Translations under genes and position numbers: made by a program | The notes under the pieces: generated by a model | Told to the model about the DNA's origin: nothing | Database searches by the model: none | The model's input: only the letters and a program-made list of their open reading frames with translations | Origin: Octopus vulgaris | Taxonomy: Eukaryota | Direction of reading: 5' to 3' | DNA length: 64,000 bases | Assembly (NCBI GenBank): GCA_951406725.2 | Contig: OX597821.1 | Location: forward strand, 15,314,001-15,378,000 | Shown here: in pieces, positions 26,272-39,433 of the stretch | Numbering within the stretch: the first letter of the stretch is position 1 | How the letters are laid out: each line of letters starts with the position of its first letter

Positions 26272-26465
26272 ACGGAGATGTACTCGCATAGCAAGTATTT
26301 TGATCTGAGATCGTGTGCTGGAACGAAAACAATGGCAGCATGGAAGGTGTTTGTAAGACATTTAAGAAACACACAAAAGCCGTTCGATTCGCTTCAACAT
26401 TTAAGTTTAATTTGTCAAAATATTTTCGTCGCTAAAATCCGCGACCTGTTCACTGACAAAAATCC
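26272..26465 (-). mobile_element. ~190-bp TSD-flanked element with a hammerhead-like 5' end
   Basis: Direct repeat atagaatc at 26261-26268 and 26466-26473; more GC-rich than its flanks. Confidence 0.65.
26411..26460 (-). ncRNA. Hammerhead-like motif with G3:C8 core swap
   Basis: Minus strand: tttgtca-GTGAACA-g-gtcgc-ggatttta-gcgac-GAAA-atat-TT-tgacaaa. Confidence 0.5.
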
Positions 26466-27494
26466 ATAGAATCCTTGTATTACTGAATGAACTTATTTTT
26501 TATGGTATTTTAAAATGTATTTATAAATTTTCTTGTTCTGTATTTCGGTCACCTAAAAGCTATGTTCCAAACTTCTCTCCATTCTGGGTTCATTAATATA
26601 TTGTGCAAAAAGAAAGGCTTTCTAATTTATGTGCATCGAAATTTTGTTTTTCTTTATTCTATGCGTCCTTAACGTAGTCTATTCTCTCAACAAGATAGCT
26701 TTATCCGAGATACGCATTTTGACTAGTTTTCTAATGACTCAATAATAATGTATATTTATGGACACAGACAGAACTGACATTTAGCTCCTTGTCTAAACTT
26801 TCATTAATAGGTCAAGTACACCATTCAAGTTATTTTCACGGCTTTATAGAAATGTGGTGTTTCCCTACATAATTAAGGTTGTTCATAGTTACACTTCTCC
26901 CAAACTTTCTTGTATAATCGTTTTGTTCTTATCCCCCAGAGCAAAATAAAACATCTAATATCTATTAATATAAATTATCTTTATATGACCTATACTAAAA
27001 TAGAACAATTGGAATTGCATAAACTACAATCAAAACTGGAAATCTATTAAGAAATATTTCGTGGATTTATGGGCTGCTTTCAAAATATATTTCAACCATA
27101 AGAATATCCTAAGATTAGCAAATATACAATGAAACAAATATGAATAAAAGGACGGCATTGTTATTTTTAATGTAGTTCTTAATGTACATCAGTCACAACA
27201 ACATAAACGAGAAACAGCAGTAATGAGAGACAAAATATTTTACAGTTTTAAAGTTATTACCAAAAGCAATAATATTTCCTCAATAATATTTCCCCCCTTG
27301 CTTTATATAGAATTCAAATAATTTATAGATTCTATAGTGAAATGACATCACAGATCTTATATATCAAATTGAAGTATTTTAATGAAAGATTCGGGAATGG
27401 ACAATATGTAAGGAAAATTGAATATAATTAGGACTAACGAAAGTGATGTATTTTCTGTAGAACTATTTCTGAAATGACCAAGCCAAATTCTATC

Positions 27495-27837
<343 letters not shown>

Positions 27838-28419
27838 GCGTGTCTGTCTGTGTGTCTGTCTGTTTATCTATTTTTTCTGTGGAAGAACAAATCAGCAAGA
27901 CAAACCTAAATTACGCTCGCAGCCTGTATTGAACAACGGGATATATCATAGATATCCTACCTTGCTTCTAACGGGTGAATATATCAAATATCATTTATTA
28001 CGAAGTCATTTCTATAGTGCTCGTGTAATATTTATGACTTTAAAATCATATTAATTATTAATGACATATTAATAACCATTAAAATAATATCACAGCGTTT
28101 TCTCTTTATAACTTTTCGTTTTATATCATCTAGATATCAGCAGGACATCAAAGTAATAGCAATCTGATATGAATGACGGCTTTGCCTCCCTACGTTTAAT
28201 TGATTTTTCTTTAAATTCAAAATTTGTCGCTTTCTCTCATTTGTAGGTCAAAGTCGATCCTGACAGGTTATCATAAATATCAAATCATGTATCCATCCGT
28301 CAATGAAAAGTCCGACACGCACGCGCGCACATACATTCGTGAGCGCGGACACACGCACGGTCACACAACACACATACTAACACACACTCCGAAATTCACA
28401 AACGCGCGCGCGCACACTT

Positions 28420-28483
<64 letters not shown>

Positions 28484-28484
<1 letters not shown>

Positions 28485-28790
28485 TGGAGGCGCAATGGCC
28501 TAGTGGTTAGGGCAGCGGACTCGCGGTCGTAGGATCGCGGTTTCGATTCCCAGACCGGGCGTTGTGAGTGTTTATTGAGCGAAAACACCTTAAAGCTCCA
28601 CGAGGCTCCGGCAGGGGGTGGTGATCCCTGTTGTACTCTTTCACCACTCTTTCTCTCACTCTTTCGTCTGTTGGCCTGCTCGCTTAGCCAGCGGGGTGGC
28701 GTCATTCGAAGGGTAAAACAATGCGAACGCATTGTGACCAGCGATGTGTAACAACATCTGATGGTCTGGTCGGTCACGTGATCACGTGAT
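28484..28790 (+). mobile_element. SINE family C, tail 2, inserted in (TA)n
   Basis: First ~175 bp nearly identical to 16529 onward, then an unrelated tail ending gtcacgtgatcacgtgat. Confidence 0.9.
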
Positions 28791-29516
28791 ATATATATAT
28801 ATAGAGAGAGAGAGAGTGAGAGATAGAGGGAGTGTGAGAGACAGAGATAGATGGACAAATAGACAAATAGATAGATAGATAGATAATCGAGAAGACCAGT
28901 GTTGTTTGTGTTTATGTATATTGCTGATCACATGAATATATATCCATCAAAAGCCGTACCCTCGTCTCACACGCACATATACATATGTAATAAATATATA
29001 TATGTAATAATGGTAAATATCATAATACGATTGGTGTGCGAGGGTTGGTAGGGGTGCGTGCTCGTGCTAATGGTACTGGTAATAATAAATATAAAGGGAC
29101 CAACGAGAACGTGTACAAAGAAAAGAAAAAAAAAGAAAATACATGACTCATATTCCTTTAACCACATCGTGCTAAATATCTACATTCTTATGTATCTATG
29201 TATAAAAACAATTTATCAGGCTATTTTCGAAAGAACGTTTCACATGGATATGTTCTGTTATATTTCCTTATGAGGATTTTGATACGTTCTATATCTGTGC
29301 ATCAATGATTACGAGTAAGGTACACCACCTTGAAAAATATAAAACTCCAGAATGTAAATACATTTGTAATTCCACAACTGAAAGGAAGCAATCTGGTATC
29401 AATTTATATACACCCGTGTATATTTATATATCTATATATATATGTATATGAATGTGTGTGTGTGTGCGTGTTTGTGTGTGTGTATATATATATGTATATA
29501 CATATATATATATATG

Positions 29517-29611
29517 AATTCTCTCATGCACCAAACATCATTTTCTAAAAAGAATTAGTGAAGAAAAATTATGCAGCAACACCAAATTGCGGTGCCCCAG
29601 CATGGCTACAG
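29517..29611 (+). mobile_element. Short 3' fragment of a CR1-group LINE
   Basis: tctctcatgcaccaaa...gcaacaccaaattgcggtgccccagcatggctacag matches 3726-3816. Confidence 0.75.
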
Positions 29612-29792
29612 TATATATATATAGGTACTGGTAACCACTATAAGCTGTAGTGGAGAACAGTTCACACGTGTGCTGAGGCTGACCAAAGGATTTTATATAT
29701 AGATATATCTGGGGTAATTATATGTACTCATGATTTTTCCTTCGGCTTTTTCCATGGGCGTTTGTAAGTATTTCATTTATGTCTGTTCGTAT

Positions 29793-29849
29793 TTTCTACT
29801 GAAGAGGAAAAATTCTATTATCAATTCCGAAATTGATTCAATATAGAAA
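29793..29849 (+). ncRNA. Intact minimal type-I hammerhead ribozyme motif
   Basis: stem I tttcta/tagaaa; CTGAAGA; stem II ggaa/ttcc; GAAA; stem III ttga-t-tcaa; ATA triplet. Confidence 0.72.
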
Positions 29850-30012
29850 TAACGAAATTTTTAAAACAATTCTGTTAGCCAGTTTTCCTCGATTTCAGCT
29901 CTGCGTATTTTCTGTAGCGAGTAAATAATATGTGGAAATTGACGATTTAAAAGTCTGTTATCAGCATATTGGCATAGAAGTAATTTTCTTTAGCCCTTGT
30001 TTATAAGTTATA

Positions 30013-30073
<61 letters not shown>

Positions 30074-30382
30074 ATATTTCGGGACGGTAATTTTTTTCTT
30101 GCCAAATAAATACACGCACAATATATTCCTTCTTCAATCGTTTATTATTGTTCTTCTTTCATTTCATGTACATTGTCTGGAAAACTTTTGTTACATACTT
30201 GTGACCGCTTCAGTGACCCTTTCTATTCAAATATATGCTCCTGCTCCACCAACCACATCTGCTTTAACACACGAGTTCACATCAGAAATCTTGCAAAACA
30301 AATTCATAAGCATAGTTATATATGCCTACATGCATATGTGCGTTTTTAGTTTTGTACATATTAAAGAATGTATGTATATATA

Positions 30383-30830
30383 TCTCTTATTATAAAAGGC
30401 AGATTTTATCTGCCTCCCTTTGGGAGTTATACAAATCTACAATATAGGATTTCTTCAATTACAATTTACCTAGCATTTTTAAGAGTACAATGCATCGCGT
30501 CATGCCAGGTCCAGTTTTTAAAATTTAAACTCCAATTAAGCAAAATTTACAGAAAACTCACATTCTGGTGTGTGTGTCAAATGCTTTTCTTAGTCTGGTT
30601 TACACCACATGCAAACGCACACACACAGTGTGCAACCAATAAAGTGAAACTAGATGTAGTATTTGTTTCTGTCTATCACGCTGATAGATACATGAGTAAA
30701 ATGTATGGGAAGCTAACCCATAAGAGTGAGTGAAAATGTTTTTGGAAGAGAGTAAATTAGCGATAGAGTGATTTGAGGAAGACTAAACTGAAAGTATGAA
30801 ACAGTGTTTATGTATAAACAGACGACACTT
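30383..30830 (+). mobile_element. Probable Helitron 5' fragment
   Basis: Starts tctcttattataaaaggcag, resembling the 5' end at 43020 (tctctctatatataaacggcag); no 3' end of its own found. Confidence 0.4.
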
Positions 30831-31164
30831 ATATAAACCCTTTCGTTACCAAACAGTCCGAATTTACCTATTCATATTTAAATGAGAATATCAGAGTAAA
30901 TCTCTTTAGTACATTCGTGAAAACACGTATTATACTTCGTAAACACTTCAAATACAGTTTTGTACAAAAATCGAAGTGTAATTTTAATTCCGTGAATTAT
31001 GGGAGATTTTTTTCCGAAATTTGTTCCTATTGTGTTTTCAAAATTTGTAATTCTGACAAAAAATGGATACGAATTTCATTATATCAAGCAGCGAGTCACA
31101 ATTCGAAGGATTTTCTACTGAAGACCTTCATAAATCTAACTCTATGACTGAAAAAAAAAAACCA

Positions 31165-31558
31165 TCTTTATATAAGAGTGAAGTTGTGTGTCTGTCCCCT
31201 TCGATTTAGATTCGTAACTACTCCCACATTTTGCGGTGCAGTTTAACCAAAAGCGGGTATCTTATAGTCGTGATTCATATCGAGCCCTTCTGGGTATTAG
31301 CGCGCGTCTACGATGAGTCTACGATTTAAAAAAATTTACCATCATATTTTTCCATTTTAATGCATTTTTTCGCTTTTATATAAGGGAAGTAACTCTCTAA
31401 AAATATCTACGATGTGTCAACGATTTAAAAAAAAAATTTACCTTAATTTTTTTTTCAATTTTTAATGCATTTTTTTGCTATTTTTGGCTATAACTCTCTA
31501 AAAATGCTTATATAGTTATTTCCCTTACAAACCCGAGCAACGCCGGGCGATACTGCTA

Positions 31559-31559
<1 letters not shown>
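31165..31559 (+). mobile_element. Non-autonomous Helitron
   Basis: 5' TC, subterminal hairpin cccgagcaacgccggg, 3' CTAG, inserted between A and T with no TSD; homologous to 44285-44679. Confidence 0.88.
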
Positions 31560-31608
<49 letters not shown>

Positions 31609-32479
31609 GAGCATCCATTCTATATAGAAGTATATACATATATTTAATATCATCTGGGTAATAACCTCATAAAACGCATTTCACGCTGCCAAAATGTCAT
31701 TATTTACCATATTTCTTCATACAACATGATTATTCTTTTTACTGGAAATACCTGTAGGAATTCGTTTGTGTACGCAGAATTCATAGCAAAATTTATAAAA
31801 CAAGAATATTCAATACACACGCTTTAATTACAATTTACAATAATTTCTTCAGTGCATTGGCAACAGCTGTTAGTTGCTGAGTTTTCCATATCATAATGTA
31901 ATATGAATATTATATAAATAAATATTATCCAACTGTGCGCACATCATCAGGCGAGTGGTTCTGAGTGCAAGGAAAGCATTGCTGCAATGTTTGATTAAAC
32001 CATGCTCATTACATCTTAATTTATAACTTTATATATACATATATATATATACAAAGAGGGAGAGAGAGAGGCAGACAGGTAGAGAGATAAATAGGTAGAT
32101 AGATAAATAAATAGGCAGATAGATAGATCTTGCAAGCGAGATACGAAATCAATAGATCTAGACGCCCTGAGATGTGAGGAGGTTGCAAATGCTCGCCCAC
32201 GCTGGAGACAAAGGGGAGAGAAACTGAAACTTGCCGCCCCCCACCAAAAAAAAAATGCGCTCGGGGGAAAGGAAATTCGGTAAAGCAGGCAGACAACTTT
32301 TCAAAGGCTGTCGCTGCATAGCAGATGGCCACTAACTTGTGGTCCTCTTCAGACACAGCAAGCACTGCATCACTGTCAGCAGCTGACACAAATTCTCCAG
32401 GCGCAGGTCCATGGTCTCTCGAGATCGACGGGTGCCTAAGCGTGATAGCAGGTTAGATAGATAGATATATAGATAAGTT

Positions 32480-32915
32480 TCTTTATTGGCCACACAGGGC
32501 TGCACACAGATGGGACAAGTTACAAGGTAGAGCTTTTCTTTTGGGGGATGAAGAGAACAAAAAACAAAAGAAAAAAAGGGGGTGGCGTAGGTTTTCGATC
32601 AAGAGGGATCGTAAAAGGGAAGAAAAGAAAAAAAAATTGAATAAAATAAAAAGAATAAAAAGAAAAAAAAAAGAAAAGGAAAAGGAACAAAAGGAAAGAG
32701 AAATGAAAAAAAGAAGAAAAAAGGGGGAAAAAAGGGGAAGAGGAAAAAAAGAACGATCAATAGGGATCGTGTATCACAGTGTTATGATATATGGTGTAAA
32801 GGGGAAAGCAAGTAAGGTTTATCCGTGGGAAGAAAAGACTACGAAAAAGACCACGGTAACCTTGGTCAATATTGTTATATGTTACCACATTTGTTACCAC
32901 ATATGTTACCACATT
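32480..32915 (-). mobile_element. 3' end of the unidentified LINE-like element, copy 2, flanked by (GATA)n
   Basis: tttctttattggccacacagggctg..., cgatcaagagggatcg and cgatcaatagggatcg; GATA arrays on both sides. Confidence 0.7.
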
Positions 32916-32916
32916 T

Positions 32917-32988
<72 letters not shown>

Positions 32989-34214
32989 TAGATAGTAAAT
33001 AAATGTGCCATGATAATTCTGATAGAAACGAAATCTCACATGAAATTGAAATTTTATCGCAGTAATTATTAAGGATTAGCTATGAAAACGCTTTAAAATT
33101 GTCAGCATATCCATGTTAGTAGCAGAAAATTATCTTTTCGACACACACGCGCACGCACACACACACATGTATGTATGTATTATGTATGTATGTATGTACG
33201 TATGTATTATGTATGTATGTATGAACGTATTTATGTAGGAGAAGTCATCGTTGTTTATTTTCTATAGAAATATGAATTTCGCAAGGGAACTCTGCAACTG
33301 CAAATAGAATTGAATTTTCTAGTTCTCTAAATGCATTAAGGTCAGAAGGTGAGATAGCAGTAACTTTGACTTTTTAATACTTCCTTTGCAAGACGTTGCT
33401 ATAATTTCTCTTGGGATTCCTTAAAGGTTATGACCTTTTCAGACTATGCGATATTTTCATTAGGTAATCTTGGAGGGTGCCATTATTTATGATCAATAAC
33501 CAGAGATTATTGGGTGAAAGCGTGGTCGCTGTAGAATAATTCATTCGGTAACATGTAATGTCCTGCTTTCTTCTCATTCACAAATTTACTTTTGATATTA
33601 TATAATGATAAAAGAATGACAATATTATCAGTTTAAACTGTTACTTTACTTTTACAGCCAACGAGCGTTTGCTCCTAACATGTCATTTATGACAAGAAAA
33701 ACTAACGTAATATCTCATGACTTAATACTCTAGAGACATCTTTATAACGAGACATTTTACTTTCATTCTTTGGCATCTCTATTATTATTTTGACTACAAA
33801 AGAAAAACTGTCTATTAACTGAATTGATCACTTAATATCATTTTATATCCCGGAACCTAAAAATACACATCAAGATTTCGACCCAGTGAAAAGTTCTTTC
33901 TCTTTATGATTTTATAAGCGTCATTTTGAGGCCAATAATGTTTTCACTGGCACAAATATTCTATCAAAAGAATATTTTCATACACACACTTACACAGAAC
34001 GTAGCGGCAGACGAAATACTGCTAAGCATTTCGACTGGCGTGCCAACGTTTCTGCGCCATATATATATATATATATATATATATAGCAATTAAGGACAAC
34101 TACTTAATAAGGAAAACTTAACAAGAAATTGTCAGGTAGATAGCGTAAAAACCTCATAAGAGAAAAAATTTCGAAAATAATTATTTCTTATTGAACATAT
34201 TAATTTATATATAG

Positions 34215-34350
34215 AGGGCATTATACATACATGCCAGAAGGCATTATACATACATGCCAAACGCTAAGAGGGACAATTAGTCAATGACTAATTGTCCCTC
34301 TTAGCGTTTGGCATGTATGTATAATGCCTTCTGGCATGTATGTATAATGC

Positions 34351-34353
<3 letters not shown>
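34215..34353. repeat. Perfect palindrome, 69-bp arms with a 1-nt spacer
   Basis: 34215-34283 is the exact reverse complement of 34285-34353. Confidence 0.95.
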
Positions 34354-34410
<57 letters not shown>

Positions 34411-34471
34411 TTCGCTCTCGGATATGATCTGCAAGATTGTTTATGTGAATTCGTGTGTTGAAGCATATTCA

Positions 34472-34678
34472 GTTGCGTCTGGGGAGATTCTTTTTCTTTT
34501 TGTGCCTTATGATTTAACACACTCACCGATAAAATTTCAATAGTCTTGGCAATTGTAAAGGTTGCAAGACGCAACGAAAGTTTTAGGAAAATAAAAATCA
34601 GAGATAAGTGGAAATTTTACCGATGAGTGTGTTAAAGTATAAGGCACAAAAGGAAAATGATTCTCCCCAGACACAACA
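34472..34678. mobile_element. Foldback/MITE-like element with ~67-bp imperfect inverted arms
   Basis: gttgcgtctggggagatt...ttaacacactcaccgataaaatttc versus gaaattttaccgatgagtgtgttaa...ttctccccagacacaac. Confidence 0.75.
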
Positions 34679-34679
34679 C

Positions 34680-34791
<112 letters not shown>

Positions 34792-34848
34792 CATATACAT
34801 ATACATATATATATACACACAAACACACACACATATATATATATATAT

Positions 34849-35120
34849 ATGAGAATTTTTTTGCGTAATGAGATAAAAAACCCAAGGTAGTGTAGATATT
34901 AGAACATCTATAGATAGAAGGTCTTACAGATGTTTCCAGGATATTTATTAATTATATCCCTTCACATCTAAACTATGAGTTAATCAACTTCTCACACCGT
35001 CTCCATGGAGGGATATAATTAATAAATATCCTGGAAACAACTGTAAGACCTTGTATCTATGAATGTTTTAATATCTACGCTGCCTTGGTTTTTTCATATG
35101 ATTACGCAATAAATTCTTAT
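34849..35120. mobile_element. Inverted Penelope-like terminus with degenerate hammerheads in both arms
   Basis: ~115-bp imperfect arms; gggatataattaataaatatcctggaaacaactgtaagac and its reverse complement; same family as 1298 and 60184. Confidence 0.65.
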
Positions 35121-35583
35121 GTACAGACGCTGACATAGAACCAATGTTGAATCCCTTATTCGCAAATTTACCGAATCTGGAACTTAACTATGGTCTGTCT
35201 ATAGCACTTATTCAGCATTACCTGACACCTCTGCGTCTCAATGACTCCATTATCTTATATATATATATATATTTTTTTTATATATATATACCTATATAGT
35301 AGTTTATATATACCTATATAGTAGTTTAGATTAATCACAGAATTTAATGGTGGGATTGACAATTGAAGGGAAGATAAAATGGAGGAGAGAGAATGGGGAA
35401 ATATTTTTGATCGTAGGGCAGAAAGAGAATGTGTATGAATAAAGTAAGTTAGGGCGGGGGATTTAAGCATGGCTAGTGGTTGTTTGTAGTCGAGAGGTTT
35501 CTGTGGCTGAAAGGTATAAATTGGTACACACTCGGCAACCCTGGTGGCCTACCGCGGAATATAAAAGAACTTTTTTCTGATCC

Positions 35584-35688
<105 letters not shown>

Positions 35689-36530
35689 ACATATGCATAT
35701 GTATATGTATATATATACATATGTATATGTGCAATTTGTATGTTTTGCTTTATTTATATATTCTCATGCAAATAGTTGGATATCTAGACATGCTCATATA
35801 TATTTAAATGATAAACTTAGGAAAACAATCTACACGAAAGAATAAATAAATAACGTACGCACATTAAGGGAAAAAAAGAAATATTGATAGGACATTGCCA
35901 ACAAAACTTCCGCAAAGTGCAACCATAATCTTCATACAAGTGTTTTGATAGAGAAAGGTAAAAAAAATACAATTATTAAGATCAGCTTCTCTGTAAATGT
36001 GAGCATTTGAATCACAATCACTGAAATCGAAAACATTTAATTGCATCTGCTTTCAAATTCACAGTTGAATACCTATATGGTACATCTAAGCCTGTACCAA
36101 TAATTATCGGTTCATATGTCTAAGCAGATGCATGTCTCAGTGGCAAGTTAAAAAGCTGTTATGTTCAAACACACAAAAGATCCAGTCGACACCCATTTTA
36201 ACTATGCATTCTTTAACCTTTTACTTGCCCTATGTACCACATATGTTACACGGGAAATATTTTCCTGGCGTCTGTGCATATATAATACACGTTCCATTTT
36301 TTTCAGCCAATAGAGTAAACTAGAATTTATGAACGGAAAGCTTAATATCATCAGAACCTATGAAATTGGGCTAACCTTGAAGTATGAAAACAAGCGTAGA
36401 CGTTTAGTACAGACTTGTGAAAATAAGTTGAGCAGGGAAATGGTTACGAGTGCCAGCATGAATATTTAAGACTGTTCTAAGGCTAAACATAATTAACTTC
36501 ATTGATATTTACCTAAATTCCAGCGATGGA

Positions 36531-36788
36531 ATTAAGTACCAGCATTACAGTATATAAATTGGTTGCACCTATTCCACTCCTCAAATATTCTTTTGATTCC
36601 ATAAGGCTTTTATTCCAACAAACATATTCCCCTCGATCATAGATCAATAATTTTTTAAGCATAAAATAAATACTACAATATATAACAGGAAATGATTTTC
36701 GAACAACGATCAAATTCTGCATGGTGTTATTGAACGATGGCCATTTCTTCGAAATCTGTCAGTCAGTTAATTTTCCTGTCTGTCTGTC
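36531..36788. repeat. Left arm of a ~258-bp long inverted repeat
   Basis: Near-exact reverse complement of 39175-39433. Confidence 0.92.
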
Positions 36789-37099
36789 TATAAAAGAAGT
36801 ACAGTGTTACAGGGAAAATTCACATAATAAGAAATCCCCGATAACATAAATGAATTATAAGTGAATATTGCTTGCTACACCATATTCTTATTTAGTACAC
36901 ACTGTAGGTTTTAAGAGTTGATCACTGTTGAAATAAGAGGTGAATGAGTTTTCGTTCAACGAACTCTAACGTGATTACCTAGACGGTATGGTAATATTAT
37001 CTAGTAAAATCTAACCCCTCTACGTTTTTGAGAATATTCAATAAATGTTTTAGTTATTTTCATAAATTAGGTTATTCAATGCATTGATCAAAACGTACG

Positions 37100-37206
<107 letters not shown>

Positions 37207-37308
37207 ATTTACAATAAATTATTTATAAATTTAACCTTTAAAGGTATTTTTTGATATGCTGGCTATTGATGAAATTTTTTTCCCGAAAAATATTTTATCC
37301 TAAATTAG

Positions 37309-37386
<78 letters not shown>

Positions 37387-37614
37387 TACTGATCTGCCCA
37401 ATTCCTCCCTCCTCCCTCTCCCTTATAGTTTATTTCATTTTATTTTATTTACTAATTCATTTTTCCTTTCTCTTGTTTCTTCTAATACTTATTTCTCCCT
37501 ACATTTATATACTTCACTCATACTGTGCTCTCTACACATTCTGATTGAATCCTTCCGTCGATAGGTACCTCCTTACGACAATGTCACCTTTAATCTCATC
37601 AAGATATCCTTCTC

Positions 37615-37691
37615 CCGAAGAGTAGCCAGTGGTTTACACCTCATTTGGATTTAGCCATTTCTGCGGTTCTACTCGCTATGAAACATATGTA
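37615..37691 (+). ncRNA. Degenerate hammerhead motif in a TA-embedded element (~37384-37730)
   Basis: CCGAAGA-gtagc...gctat-GAAAC-ATAT-GTA; stem I not recoverable. Confidence 0.4.
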
Positions 37692-37857
37692 GCCTGGGTT
37701 TTCATATTCCATCCCGTAACTCTTGTACATATATATCAGTGACGTATGATAGCTGATGTATTGGGTGTGATGCCACACCCAATGCCACCAAATTTCAAGC
37801 AGTGGTATAACAAATGTTTTCTATTATGATTTGTGTTTATATTAATGAGTAAGGTTG

Positions 37858-37896
<39 letters not shown>

Positions 37897-37898
<2 letters not shown>

Positions 37899-38453
37899 GG
37901 GTTGTCCGGAAAGATCGTGCCGATTTATAGTAGCTCACATTTCGACTTATTTTAGAACATGGTCGACTCCATAAAATAGGATTTGACTACACCTCCATTT
38001 AGAGCACAGTTTAAGCTATCTTTTTCGTGGAAAAAGGTTTATGCACCTATAACCTGTGTTAATTCTGTAACCCTTTAAAATGGAGGATAAGAAAGTCCAT
38101 TTTCGGCAATTGTTGCTTTGGGAACCAGACAAAAATTGCTGCAGCTCGGCTGGGATGTTACCCCACCCTCTATATTCACCAGATATTGCTCCTTCGGATT
38201 TCCATTTATTCATGTCTCTGCAGAATAGTCTTCATGGTAAAAATTCCTTGGATGACGTAAAAAGATACCTTGATGAATTGTTTGCCATGAAACCACTTCA
38301 GTTCCGGGAAGAGGGTAGGTAAAATTAAAGGAAAGATGGAGACGCATTGTGCAACAAAATGGTTCATAATTACTTCATTAAAAATGTAATGGCAAGTATT
38401 CATTGACCCTTTTCTTTCCTTTAAAAATCGGCACGAACTTTCCGGACAACCCA

Positions 38454-38454
<1 letters not shown>
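37897..38454 (+). mobile_element. Internally deleted mariner transposon
   Basis: ~30-bp TIRs (tgggttgtccggaaag.tcgtgccgattt), TA flanks; N-terminal MEDKKVHFRQLLL joined to [16 protein letters not shown], the mariner YSPDLAPSD motif. Confidence 0.95.
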
Positions 38455-38521
<67 letters not shown>

Positions 38522-38819
38522 ATATATATGTATATATATATGTATGTATGTATGTATGTGTATATATATATATGTATGTATATATATATATATGTATGTA
38601 TGTGTATATATATATGTATGTATATATATATATATGTAAGTATATATATATATGTATGTATATATATATATGTATGTATGTGTATATATATATGTATGTA
38701 TATATATATATATGTATATATATGTATATGATATATATGTATATATATATATATGTATGTATGTGTATATATATATGTATGTATATATATATATGTATGT
38801 ATATATATATGTATGTATG

Positions 38820-38884
<65 letters not shown>

Positions 38885-38999
38885 GTATGTATGTACATAT
38901 ATATATGTATGTATATATATATATATATGTGTGTATATATATATGTATGTATGTATATATATATGTATGTATGTATATATATATATATGTATATATATT

Positions 39000-39078
<79 letters not shown>

Positions 39079-39174
39079 ATTATATAATGTATGTGCAGGG
39101 TTTAGAAAGTTACTCCTGTGAAGGTAAATAGAGTGTGACCATGTGAGTGTGTATGTCTGTTTTAGGTAAAAAGG

Positions 39175-39433
39175 GACGGACAGACAGAAAAATTAACTGA
39201 CTGACAGATTCACAAGAAATGGCCATCGTTCAATAACACCATGCAGAATTTGATCGTTCTTCGAAAATCATTTCCTGTTATATATTGTAGTATTTATTCG
39301 ATGCTTAAAAAATTATTGATCTGTGATCGAGGGGAATATGTTTGTTGGAAGTAAAAGCCTTATGGAATCAAAAGAATATTTGAGGAGTGGAATAGGTGCA
39401 ACCAATTTATATACTGTAATGCTGGTACTTAAT
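39175..39433. repeat. Right arm of the ~258-bp long inverted repeat
   Basis: Near-exact reverse complement of 36531-36788. Confidence 0.92.

Noticed and set aside
32541-32918. Lys/Arg-rich 125-aa ORF
   Set aside because: Antisense reading of the T-rich 3' UTR of a retroelement.
38080-38322. Functional transposase gene
   Set aside because: The whole element is 558 bp and most of the DNA-binding and catalytic region is deleted.
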